This document shows, in pieces, positions 1 through 8,065 of a stretch of 64,000 bases of DNA (position 1 is its first letter; each line of letters opens with the position of its first letter). The notes beneath the pieces were generated by a model. That model searched no databases, was not told the DNA's origin, and saw only the letters and a list, made by a program, of their open reading frames with translations. This DNA comes from a virus, in IMG/VR virus record IMGVR_UViG_3300009164_000064, positions 1-64,000 of that record, one strand, 5' to 3'. The translations under genes and the position numbers were made by a program.

Positions 1-2
1 AC

Positions 3-30
3 ATTATATAACATTTGAAACATTATGCAA
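3..30 (-). promoter_or_regulatory. possible sigma70-type promoter (TTGCAT-16-TATAAT) for genes left of the window
   Basis: Reverse complement reads TTGCAT (30-25), 16-nt spacer, TATAAT (8-3), just downstream of the ORF ending at 39. Confidence 0.45.
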
Positions 31-38
31 GAGGAAAA

Positions 39-719
39 TTAGTCCCAAAGTCCGAAATAGTACTTTGCGAAAAGTCTGTGTCCGTTTTTGATTCGTTCAT
101 AATGTGCTTTTTTCCCATCTTCGTCAACCCAATAAGCTGGTTTGCTTGGGTCTTTCTGGGGGTTCATTTTCAATTGTTTATAAGTTGAACCTTCGATTGC
201 TTCAAACGTCATATCAAGTTGATCACTGTTGTGGTGAAATTGATGATCATTTTGATCATCGTGTGTGCATTGTTCAAATGCCCAGATCATTTCATTCATA
301 ACCCAATCCCAACGATCATGATTATAATCGTCAGTGTCCCATTCATTTTCTTTATCAGGTGCGATTGTTGACTTTATATTGTCAGGAACATCTTCATCAT
401 CAATGTATGGGGAACCATGCTTTTTTTCTTTAAGTTTTAAAAGAACGGGATGAATAATCAATGCAAGAGTATGATCAGCGCCCCAAACATCATAATCATC
501 AATATGAATATCGATCTTACGCTTACGTCTATTTGACCAGCGGTTTAATGGACTAACAAAACGATATAGTTTATTAAAAAAACCAAATACAATCTTATCT
601 AGACGATCATAATCTTCCTCTTCAATATAAAGAGTTTTGTGTCGTAGTGAAGTATATGAATTTTCCCAACGACTAACAGGAATCAAATCATCTGAGTATG
701 GCCCAAGATTTACTTTCAT
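39..719 (-). CDS. hypothetical phage protein
   Basis: 226-aa ORF coupled to the upstream ORF; no motif recognised. Confidence 0.75.
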   Translation of the reverse strand: MKVNLGPYSDDLIPVSRWENSYTSLRHKTLYIEEEDYDRLDKIVFGFFNKLYRFVSPLNRWSNRRKRKIDIHIDDYDVWGADHTLALIIHPVLLKLKEKKHGSPYIDDEDVPDNIKSTIAPDKENEWDTDDYNHDRWDWVMNEMIWAFEQCTHDDQNDHQFHHNSDQLDMTFEAIEGSTYKQLKMNPQKDPSKPAYWVDEDGKKAHYERIKNGHRLFAKYYFGLWD

Positions 720-880
720 AAGTTAATATCATCCCAATCAATTTCATCAAGTCCCTTAGAGAGACGATAAAGGTTATAACTAACAAGAGCAGCAATACCA
801 GTAATACCGAATACAGCAAAGAATGCTGCTCTCTTGCCCCACTTTTTACTTTGCGTTTTTAACTTATCCTTGTCCATCAT
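716..880 (-). CDS. small membrane protein
   Basis: One hydrophobic helix (AAFFAVFGITGIAALVSY); GGAG just upstream of ATGATG at 880/877, so the start is probably later than the ORF track's 898. Confidence 0.6.
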   Translation of the reverse strand: MMDKDKLKTQSKKWGKRAAFFAVFGITGIAALVSYNLYRLSKGLDEIDWDDINL

Positions 881-1142
881 ACTCCACCTTGTGAACATAA
901 TTTTTTAGAACATGATCGTCATCAAAACGATCAACCAAATAAGGATGATCTTCGAAAAAAAGCACAGGAATTTCTTCGTCGGTTATTTCACGACAACTGA
1001 ATACATTTTCATCAATATGTTTTTGACTGAGTTCTTCAGCTTCGTTCATCACTACCACATCCTTAGCATGATCCATGCTTTCGCAATCTATTACAAAACG
1101 ATGACGAAACATTGAAACAGTCTCTACAAGATACTTTGGCAT
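864..1142 (-). CDS. hypothetical phage protein
   Basis: 92-aa ORF with GAGG SD, directly after the tRNA. Confidence 0.7.
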   Translation of the reverse strand: MPKYLVETVSMFRHRFVIDCESMDHAKDVVVMNEAEELSQKHIDENVFSCREITDEEIPVLFFEDHPYLVDRFDDDHVLKNYVHKVEYDGQG

Positions 1143-1159
1143 TTCACTTCCTCATTAAA

Positions 1160-1236
1160 TGGTAGGCGCAGTAGGATTCGAACCTACGATCAAGCCGTTA
1201 TGAGCGGCTGGCATTGGACCGCTATGCTATACGCCC
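1160..1236 (-). tRNA. tRNA with CAT anticodon (Ile2 or elongator Met)
   Basis: Reverse complement GGGCGTA...AGCCG-CTCATAA-CGGCT...GGTTCGAATCC...TGCGCCT-ACCA; cloverleaf with encoded CCA; lacks the initiator GGG/CCC anticodon stem. Confidence 0.92.
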
Positions 1237-1251
1237 ATTAAACTACATAAA

Positions 1252-1794
1252 TTAGAGATTGCTCTTGATCCACTCTAGGATGTTTTCAGGAGATGAAACA
1301 CCATATGGGTCTGTTTCGATATTGTCTGTCTTGCCTGGCTCAATGAACCACTTTTCAATCTTGCCATTATCAACAATAGCAGCATAACGCCATGAACGAA
1401 TACCGAAGCCAAGATTGTCCTTAGCAACAAGCATACCCATCTGTGATGTAAACTCAGCAGAGCCATCAGGAATTACAGCGACTTCTTCAAGGCACTGTTG
1501 TTTTGCCCATGCATTCATCACGAAAGCATCGTTGACGGAAACACAGTAAATCTTGTCGATACCAAGATCGTAGAACTCAGATGCGTTCTTTTCAAAGCTA
1601 GGTAGCTGCATAGTAGAGCATGTTGGGGTAAATGCGCCTGGCAGCGAGAATAGAACTACACGCTTACCTGCAAATAGATCAAACGTGTTTACGTCTTCCC
1701 AACGATAGGGATTAACATCTACACTGTAATAATCACGAACTCGTGTCTTAAAAATAACAGACGGGACTACTTTTGGTAGAAACTCTTCAAACAT
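1252..1794 (-). CDS. peroxiredoxin (Prx5/redoxin family)
   Basis: PGAFTPTCS peroxidatic-Cys motif, SVNDAFVMNAW and RSWRYA motifs of Prx5-type peroxiredoxins. Confidence 0.92.
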   Translation of the reverse strand: MFEEFLPKVVPSVIFKTRVRDYYSVDVNPYRWEDVNTFDLFAGKRVVLFSLPGAFTPTCSTMQLPSFEKNASEFYDLGIDKIYCVSVNDAFVMNAWAKQQCLEEVAVIPDGSAEFTSQMGMLVAKDNLGFGIRSWRYAAIVDNGKIEKWFIEPGKTDNIETDPYGVSSPENILEWIKSNL

Positions 1795-2029
1795 AATATT
1801 TCACCTCTTTTATATTAGAATAATGTACAATTTTTTGATCTGACTTTGCTCTTTCGAGACAAACATCACATACGTTAATCTCAAGATATGAACCATTCAT
1901 TGGATCAAAAAAGGTTGATCCATAGTGTCCACGTGTCATGAAAGTGGTAGCCTTATATGGCTGATTAGTACTATCAGGAATTGCTTCCTCAAGAACTCTA
2001 TCACAAACAATACACGGAACAGGTTTCAT
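1787..2029 (-). CDS. hypothetical protein, putative Zn-binding (CxxC...CxxC)
   Basis: CIVC and CDVC motifs in an 80-aa ORF. Confidence 0.65.
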   Translation of the reverse strand: MKPVPCIVCDRVLEEAIPDSTNQPYKATTFMTRGHYGSTFFDPMNGSYLEINVCDVCLERAKSDQKIVHYSNIKEVKYYV

Positions 2030-2045
2030 AATCTCTCTTTCAAAA

Positions 2046-2121
2046 TGGCGTCCCTACGAGGACTCGAACCTCGACACCAGGTTTAGAAGACCCGTACTCT
2101 ATCCAGTTGAGCTATAGGGAC
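2046..2121 (-). tRNA. tRNA-Arg(TCT)
   Basis: Reverse complement GTCCCTA TAGCTCAACTGGATAGAGTA CGGGT-CTTCTAA-ACCTG ... GGTTCGAGTCC ... TAGGGAC-GCCA. Confidence 0.95.
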
Positions 2122-2129
2122 ATTGAGAC

Positions 2130-2158
2130 ACTATAGCGGTTCTTCACCATAATGTCAA
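2130..2158 (-). promoter_or_regulatory. sigma70-type promoter for the tRNA-Arg/peroxiredoxin/tRNA-CAT unit
   Basis: TTGACA-17 nt-TATAGT ending 8 nt before the tRNA 5' end. Confidence 0.8.
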
Positions 2159-2166
2159 GTGTTATT

Positions 2167-2334
2167 TTAACCGATACGATTTAATCTATGAAGAAGATTT
2201 GTGATCTGACGTTCTTCAACAATAGTAAGAGAACCAGAACTATGAACGTAATATGCCAATGCCTCTTTGATAATGTTCATGTCAGCAGGAGCAAAGGTTC
2301 CACCCCTAGCTTCTTTTGGCTTAGTATTTTCCAT
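2167..2334 (-). CDS. small hypothetical protein (55 aa, not in ORF track)
   Basis: Hand translation MENTKPKEARGGTFAPADMNIIKEALAYYVHSSGSLTIVEERQITNLLHRLNRIG*, with AAGGA SD; fills the gap between regA and the tRNA promoter. Confidence 0.7.
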   Translation of the reverse strand: MENTKPKEARGGTFAPADMNIIKEALAYYVHSSGSLTIVEERQITNLLHRLNRIG

Positions 2335-2348
2335 AACAAAATCCTTTA

Positions 2349-2747
2349 TTACTTTTTCTTACCAATATTATATTTTGGTGTCAATATCCATTCGTTCTTT
2401 TCTTTGTGCGATAGAATCTTAATCTGGTTCATAGGCGCACGAACTTCTTCTGCTTGATCATTATCAACAATCTTAAGCAATTCCCAATCCTGTAACAGAT
2501 TAGCAATCGTGTTTCTACGGCCCTTATCTTCATCAGAAAAGTTAGTTGGCTTACCATCAATGGCAAACATTTCTTTAAAATGAACGATGTAAAATTTGCC
2601 TTGCTTATGCAGGATATGGCAAGACTGATATAATGTCTTGTCCTTACGTGAGGCGATACCAATGCGAGTAAGTGTTTCTCTGACCTTTAGGAAATCATCT
2701 TCCTCGACTAACTGTATCTCTAAAAGAGTATCAATAATATTTCCCAT
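2349..2747 (-). CDS. regA: translational repressor RegA
   Basis: DDFLKVRETLTRIGIAS...LYQSCHILHKQGKFYIVHFKE signature; follows gp62 as in T4. Confidence 0.97.
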   Translation of the reverse strand: MGNIIDTLLEIQLVEEDDFLKVRETLTRIGIASRKDKTLYQSCHILHKQGKFYIVHFKEMFAIDGKPTNFSDEDKGRRNTIANLLQDWELLKIVDNDQAEEVRAPMNQIKILSHKEKNEWILTPKYNIGKKK

Positions 2748-2749
2748 GT

Positions 2750-3136
2750 CTATCCACCTTTATTCAATCTTCTTTTTATTTCATTTATTTGTTGCGGTGA
2801 AAGTACGGATAAGGCGGCTTCAGCTTTCGCTGTATTATATTTGTAATATTCTTTTACTGCCTCAATATCAATATCTTCCAGTTTCTTCACCCATTTTGAA
2901 AATCTTTTTTTGGGTCTGACACTATTTAGTAGATACGAGTATTGTAGCTTTTTATCTGCATGGTTCATCACGTTCATTTCATTTGCATAAAATAAAGTGT
3001 CTGGGAAATATGATAATGACTTATTGGTGAGATATGAATTGTAAGAAGCCTCTGCTAACTCATCGTTTTCAGAACCTGTCATCATATCATTCTTGCCGTA
3101 TGTGATCGAAGTTACATAATCAAATGGGTTACTCAT
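2750..3136 (-). CDS. gp62: clamp loader small subunit gp62
   Basis: YNSYLTNKSLSYFPDTLFYANEMN...KRFSKW; synteny 45-44-62-regA. Confidence 0.92.
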   Translation of the reverse strand: MSNPFDYVTSITYGKNDMMTGSENDELAEASYNSYLTNKSLSYFPDTLFYANEMNVMNHADKKLQYSYLLNSVRPKKRFSKWVKKLEDIDIEAVKEYYKYNTAKAEAALSVLSPQQINEIKRRLNKGG

Positions 3137-3311
3137 CTAAAATCCTTCTAGATTGTTCAAAGAAATAGTCAGTCAAGCCATCAACTTCATCAAATCTTTT
3201 TACAACTTTTAAACGCAGATTATCAATTTTACGGTCAAGCTTACGTCTATCACGCATCAACATCAATAAGTCTTTTACAATCTGTTCGTCTTCATACGTT
3301 ATCATCGTCAT
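3129..3311 (-). CDS. hypothetical protein
   Basis: Short coiled-coil-like ORF; start probably at 3311 or 3305 rather than 3386. Confidence 0.5.
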   Translation of the reverse strand: MTMITYEDEQIVKDLLMLMRDRRKLDRKIDNLRLKVVKRFDEVDGLTDYFFEQSRRILDE

Positions 3312-3495
3312 CGTCCAACATATTGTTTCTTTCAAGGATATTAGCAGATTGCTCCATGACGTATGTGCATTTAGGACATACGTCATGGATTTCTAAAACA
3401 CCTTCAGCCGTATCAAGTTCAAATGTCATTGTCTTATGGTTAGGCTTGATTACACTTTCACATAAAGGACATTTCTTACGCTTCCACAAGCTCAT
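3292..3495 (-). CDS. hypothetical Zn-ribbon protein (CPLC...CPKC)
   Basis: ATGA overlap with the gp44 stop gives start MSLWKRKKCPLC; two CxxC motifs. Confidence 0.65.
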   Translation of the reverse strand: MSLWKRKKCPLCESVIKPNHKTMTFELDTAEGVLEIHDVCPKCTYVMEQSANILERNNMLDDDDDNV

Positions 3496-4433
3496 AGGTA
3501 TTCCAACTCTACCATCATCTCTGTCAAACATGCCATCAGATTGATTTCATGGTCTGCAACAAACGCAGCCTGATACTGGTACTTGGAGAGGATCAGGACC
3601 AACTGTGGAACAGAATTCTTTGCAACATGATCGCTGGCAGTATCATACAATGTACGGAAAACAGCAACGCTATCAGTATCAGAATTCTCTGCTACCCACT
3701 TACGAGCATTAGTGAATTCCTTGTCCTTCAGGAACCCGATAAGGGTCTTGACGGATGTTTCCTTGAGGCTAGCAAGGATACCACTGTCAATTCGTCCTGT
3801 AGCACTGTAACGCTGCAATTCATTAAGAACACGTCTCCAATCGGGATGGTGCTTCTTAATCAACTCAGCAATAACAGCCCTATCATATTCAATACCTTCA
3901 GCTTCAAGAATAGCACATGAACGCTTCATCATCTGCTTAGCAAGATCAGGAAGTTCATTCCTTGGAATCTTGAAGTCGATATTGACACAGCGTGAATTGG
4001 CAAGAGGACCAATGATGCGGTTCTTGAAGTTACACGTCAGAATGAAACCACAGTTCTTCGAAAACTCTTCCATGAAGTTACGAAGTGCTGGCTGTGTCGA
4101 GTTGGGGTTTAGGTAATCGGCTTCGTCAAGGATGACATACTTACGCATACCAGTAAAAGAAATAGATGAAGCAAACCTCATAATTTCATTGCGTAGCGTA
4201 TCAATGTTTCCGTTCAATGAGCCGTTGATAACAATATAATCAACACCAAGTTGTTCAAGCATAGCACGTGCTACCGTGGTCTTACCACAACCAGCAGGAC
4301 CAGATAACAGAAGGTTTGGAATATTCTTCTGATCAACAAATGCCTTAAATGTTTCTTTCAACTCAGCAGGAAGAATTGTTTCGTCAATAGTTTTTGGGCG
4401 ATGTTTTTCAACCCAGAGAAATTCTTCTAGCAT
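3492..4433 (-). CDS. gp44: clamp loader large subunit gp44 (AAA+)
   Basis: LWVEKHRP, Walker A GPAGCGKT, Walker B ILDEAD, SRC motif. Confidence 0.97.
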   Translation of the reverse strand: MLEEFLWVEKHRPKTIDETILPAELKETFKAFVDQKNIPNLLLSGPAGCGKTTVARAMLEQLGVDYIVINGSLNGNIDTLRNEIMRFASSISFTGMRKYVILDEADYLNPNSTQPALRNFMEEFSKNCGFILTCNFKNRIIGPLANSRCVNIDFKIPRNELPDLAKQMMKRSCAILEAEGIEYDRAVIAELIKKHHPDWRRVLNELQRYSATGRIDSGILASLKETSVKTLIGFLKDKEFTNARKWVAENSDTDSVAVFRTLYDTASDHVAKNSVPQLVLILSKYQYQAAFVADHEINLMACLTEMMVELEYL

Positions 4434-4449
4434 ATCAATTCTCCATAAT

Positions 4450-4515
4450 AAAAAAAGGTTTAAGAAACGTACTAAAGGTATATTCAGACTATACTTCTAG
4501 CACATTTCTTAAACC
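4450..4515 (-). terminator. long RNA hairpin plus U7 tract (terminator/attenuator or processing site)
   Basis: 26-bp stem at 4457-4515 with 3 G-U pairs and one mismatch, 7-nt loop, followed by 7 U. Confidence 0.7.
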
Positions 4516-4530
4516 AAAACAATCAGATTA

Positions 4531-5187
4531 CTACTTGAAGAAGCTGTCCTTCTCAATTGTAATCCAGTATTCAATGTCTTCACCAGAGAAATGCCCAAAT
4601 CCCTTTGAAGAGATAGCAACATCATAATCGCCTGGTAGAAGCCTAATGTTTTCAGCCATAAAAATCATGCTGAATTCACTGGTCGTTTCACCAACTACAA
4701 CACTATATCCAGTGGCTGTTGAGTCTTTGATATTCACAGTTTTTAGATAAATATTTTCACCATCTCCTACTACGGAAATATGTGAAGTACCAGCAATAGA
4801 AAGTCCTACCATAAGCTGAGCTAGAACTTCACTCTTAAGAGTAAATTCTACATCACGTGAAGGTAGAGCAATATCCTTTTCTGGTGGGATAAGGATCATG
4901 CTAGGATCAGCATATTGTACACTGAAGGTAGCGGGACCGCTCTTGATATTCAAATAATAATCTGTAGGGGTCAACTCAGGATCAGCAAACATAGATATTG
5001 CTTGTAGAAATTGCGATAGATCGTGGATGCAGAATGTGGCTTCGACTTCTGTGTCCAGAGTAGCCTTAGCCATTACATTCCTTGACTCTGACATGGTTTT
5101 AAGCACGTTGCCCTGCTTAAATTGAATGCCATTATTGATCGATCCAAAATTACGGATCACTTTTTGGGTTTTTGCACTAAACTTCAT
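4531..5187 (-). CDS. gp45: sliding clamp gp45
   Basis: MKFS...IRNFGSINNGI...FCIHDLSQFL...LLPGDYDVAIS...YWITIE; synteny. Confidence 0.93.
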   Translation of the reverse strand: MKFSAKTQKVIRNFGSINNGIQFKQGNVLKTMSESRNVMAKATLDTEVEATFCIHDLSQFLQAISMFADPELTPTDYYLNIKSGPATFSVQYADPSMILIPPEKDIALPSRDVEFTLKSEVLAQLMVGLSIAGTSHISVVGDGENIYLKTVNIKDSTATGYSVVVGETTSEFSMIFMAENIRLLPGDYDVAISSKGFGHFSGEDIEYWITIEKDSFFK

Positions 5188-5206
5188 AATATATTACCTT
5201 TCAAAA

Positions 5207-6070
5207 TTACTTCTTTAGCTTCTTAAGCTGACTAGGATCAGCCGTAGCAGCAGCACCAATTTGTGCAAGGTCTACAAGAGAACCACCAAACACATACATA
5301 CCTACGTGTTGTAGTTGCATCCATGGGCATAGCCAAACATGCATACCAGCCTTACGTGTCCACTGACAGAACATATAATCTTCTGACAGGTAGCGATTCG
5401 TGTCTGGACAGATAGGTGTATCAAAGAATGCCATGATCTGTCTAGTGCCATCGAAATGTTCTGTGCGAACATGGTCAGGAGTGTATAGCTGCTTTGGATA
5501 AGAGACAGCAAACTTTTCAAAAGTCTGGCGGCGAATCATCATGAAACCAGTACCAGCCTCAAGAACTTCAACAGGCTCACCTAGTGGGATTGAACCAGTA
5601 CCATTAGCTGGATTGAAAACGTAGTCGCCTACATACTTTTCAAGGTTCTGTGGGTCTTCATCAGCAAAACCCTTATCAACGGCAGTCTTAATCTTTTCCC
5701 ATGAGATACACTTCTTAGGATATGGACCAGCGATGATATCATACTTGTCTTCATTTTCATCTTCGCTCTGTAGTGCTAGTAGGGCAATAACGTCTTGTGC
5801 ATTGAAACCGATATCGGAGTCAACAAACATAAGGTGAGTATCACCAGAACGCATAAACTCATCAGCGCAATAGTTACGAGCACGAGTGATTAGCGACTCA
5901 TTGAATAGGAAGTAGAAACGAATCTGAATTCCATAATGAGTACATAGTGCCGAAAGGTCTGCTACTGAACGTGCAAACATACCAGTACATTGTCCACCAT
6001 ACATTGGTGCAGCGAAGAATAGCTTACGTTCACGTAGCTTTTCGATTGGTACTTTAATCTCAATTCCCAT
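5207..6070 (-). CDS. glycosyltransferase-like (GT-A fold) protein
   Basis: NESLITRARN, HLMFVDSD (DxD), AGTGFMMI and YLSEDYMFC motifs typical of GT2-like proteins. Confidence 0.7.
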   Translation of the reverse strand: MGIEIKVPIEKLRERKLFFAAPMYGGQCTGMFARSVADLSALCTHYGIQIRFYFLFNESLITRARNYCADEFMRSGDTHLMFVDSDIGFNAQDVIALLALQSEDENEDKYDIIAGPYPKKCISWEKIKTAVDKGFADEDPQNLEKYVGDYVFNPANGTGSIPLGEPVEVLEAGTGFMMIRRQTFEKFAVSYPKQLYTPDHVRTEHFDGTRQIMAFFDTPICPDTNRYLSEDYMFCQWTRKAGMHVWLCPWMQLQHVGMYVFGGSLVDLAQIGAAATADPSQLKKLKK

Positions 6071-6075
6071 AATAA

Positions 6076-6720
6076 TTATACTTTCTTGTTAATAACAGTA
6101 GATAAATCCATAGCATCACCTGTTGCTGCATATGCAACAGTTGACCTAGTTAAATCAGAATACATTGCTGTACGTGAACTTAAATCGTTTAGATCGAAGT
6201 TACGAAGCTTGCCAGCAGCTAGACCGGAGCCAGCATTATACCTAGCAGCATCAAAGTTTGCACCAAGGAAGATGACTTCCCATCCCTTTTTGGTTACTTC
6301 AGCAACCTTTTCCTTGATCTTTGCTTGTGTATATTCCTTTGAGGTGTTTTCTTCACCATCAGTCAGAATAACAATAACCGTGCGCTTAGAATTCTTTTCT
6401 AGTGCAAGGTTAATAACGTGTCCAGCAGCATCATACAATGGTGTACCGCCAGCAGGATGTAGTACAGAAGGATCGATACGATCAAAATCAACAATATCAG
6501 CAGATTCAGCAAGGGAGTGAAGACGAACACTAGATGCGCCGCCATACATGCCGTCACTATCGAAAGCAACAATAGTGATATCGCCTTTGATCTTTTCCTT
6601 CTGTAGACCCTTAACATACTCGTTAAGAGAGTCAACAGCATTCGTCCACTTTTCACCGCCCATAGAACCTGAGCGGTCTAGAGCTACGAAAACTGATAGG
6701 TCTTTACTCTTCTTTGTCAT
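6076..6720 (-). CDS. von Willebrand factor A (MIDAS) domain protein
   Basis: LDRSGSM (DxSxS), GGTPLYDA, ILTDGEEN, FLGAN. Confidence 0.88.
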   Translation of the reverse strand: MTKKSKDLSVFVALDRSGSMGGEKWTNAVDSLNEYVKGLQKEKIKGDITIVAFDSDGMYGGASSVRLHSLAESADIVDFDRIDPSVLHPAGGTPLYDAAGHVINLALEKNSKRTVIVILTDGEENTSKEYTQAKIKEKVAEVTKKGWEVIFLGANFDAARYNAGSGLAAGKLRNFDLNDLSSRTAMYSDLTRSTVAYAATGDAMDLSTVINKKV

Positions 6721-6722
6721 AA

Positions 6723-7028
6723 TTAATCCTCTGTAGTTGGATGTTCAAGGTCATGAACGTGGAGTTGAATGATTGCGTAATGGATAACCTTCATAAGGTC
6801 TTTGCGCCATTCAACTGCATCGCCCTTCTTGCCATAACGCTGTGTATACTTCTGCATGTTACCAATACAAAAGCCAGTTCCATGACCACTATCAATAATG
6901 AATTCAGTAGCCTGAAATTTGTTTCGTGAGTAATGCTCACCATATGTAGCATTGATATAATCGGCAATCTCAACGAGAGACTGTCCTTCATTGTACTTGT
7001 ATTCAATCTTTTTCATCTTATAGCCCAC
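6723..7028 (-). CDS. DUF3310-like conserved phage protein
   Basis: HYS...GFCIGNMQKYTQRYGKK...DLMKVIHYA pattern. Confidence 0.65.
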   Translation of the reverse strand: MGYKMKKIEYKYNEGQSLVEIADYINATYGEHYSRNKFQATEFIIDSGHGTGFCIGNMQKYTQRYGKKGDAVEWRKDLMKVIHYAIIQLHVHDLEHPTTED

Positions 7029-7563
7029 TACTCATTTGGTTCATAATAATACGAGTTTCGTTTGAAATCTTTGGAATAGTAATGCCCTTCTTGGCATTCT
7101 TCCTAGCTTGATCAAGATGAATCTTGTTAGCTCTTTTAGTGTAAAGTACACCATTGAGATGGTCAAGCTCATGTTGAAAAATACGTGCAGTCATTCCACT
7201 AAACTTTTCGGTAATGACATTGCCATTAGGCTCAGTATATCGAACACGAATATGCTGTGGGCGCTTAATCTTAACAAAAAGATTTGGCTGTGAAAGACAA
7301 CCTTCTTCAAGGACAATCAAGTCATCAGATACAGATAATAGGATGGGATTGAAACAGACAATGATTTGCTCTGCCAGCATCGCAAACGCACGATATGGTA
7401 AGCCAATCTGGTTAGCAGCAATACCAACACCACCCTTATCTAGCATAGTTTCTGCTAGATCATGAGCAAGTTGGATAGGGTCTGTTGGGGGGTTTTGGAA
7501 ATTAAACTTATCCAACTCTGTCTTGAGAATTGGATGATGTTTATCCACTAGTTCATGGATCAT
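7018..7563 (-). CDS. def: peptide deformylase
   Basis: All three PDF motifs: GVGIAANQIG, EGCLS, QHELDHLNG. Confidence 0.95.
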   Translation of the reverse strand: MIHELVDKHHPILKTELDKFNFQNPPTDPIQLAHDLAETMLDKGGVGIAANQIGLPYRAFAMLAEQIIVCFNPILLSVSDDLIVLEEGCLSQPNLFVKIKRPQHIRVRYTEPNGNVITEKFSGMTARIFQHELDHLNGVLYTKRANKIHLDQARKNAKKGITIPKISNETRIIMNQMSSGL

Positions 7564-7802
7564 TATATACTCCTGTTCAAAACTTCATTAAATAATTCAT
7601 TGAGGTGTTCGTCTAGGTTAGGTACCTGTCGTACTCTTGCCAGCCAAACATCATATACAAGTGTATTTATACGATCAAAATTGGTGTTATCATCTTTTTT
7701 TGATACTTTATAATCTCTTTCTTCAAGTTCTTCGATCAATTCTTCATCATCAAAGTCTTCAAGACACACATCGATATTAACTGATACATTCTTATACGTC
7801 AT
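7563..7802 (-). CDS. hypothetical protein
   Basis: 79-aa ORF translationally coupled on both sides. Confidence 0.7.
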   Translation of the reverse strand: MTYKNVSVNIDVCLEDFDDEELIEELEERDYKVSKKDDNTNFDRINTLVYDVWLARVRQVPNLDEHLNELFNEVLNRSI

Positions 7803-8065
7803 ATTTTTTTCTCACGTGCAATAAAATATGGCTGAAACTCACGACATACAGTGAACTTACCAAGCAACTCAGGCTCATCTTCTAGTTCATCACGCTTCCA
7901 CAGATAGAACTCTAGCTCTGTAGCGTTTTCCCAATTACTGTTATCATCATACTCTCTGGCGCAATCTTCTACGACATTAGAGTAATCTTCATAATCATAT
8001 TGATGGTTCCATTCGAAATAATCATCAAAATTAGCATCATCTACTGTGTAATAAAACTTTCTCAT
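7799..8065 (-). CDS. hypothetical protein
   Basis: TAATG overlap with the gp46 stop; acidic, ~88 aa. Confidence 0.65.
   Translation of the reverse strand: MRKFYYTVDDANFDDYFEWNHQYDYEDYSNVVEDCAREYDDNSNWENATELEFYLWKRDELEDEPELLGKFTVCREFQPYFIAREKKI

Noticed and set aside
2188-2457. Plus-strand 89-aa ORF and similar short overlapping ORFs in the track
   Set aside because: They overlap regA or other well-supported minus-strand genes and have no recognisable features
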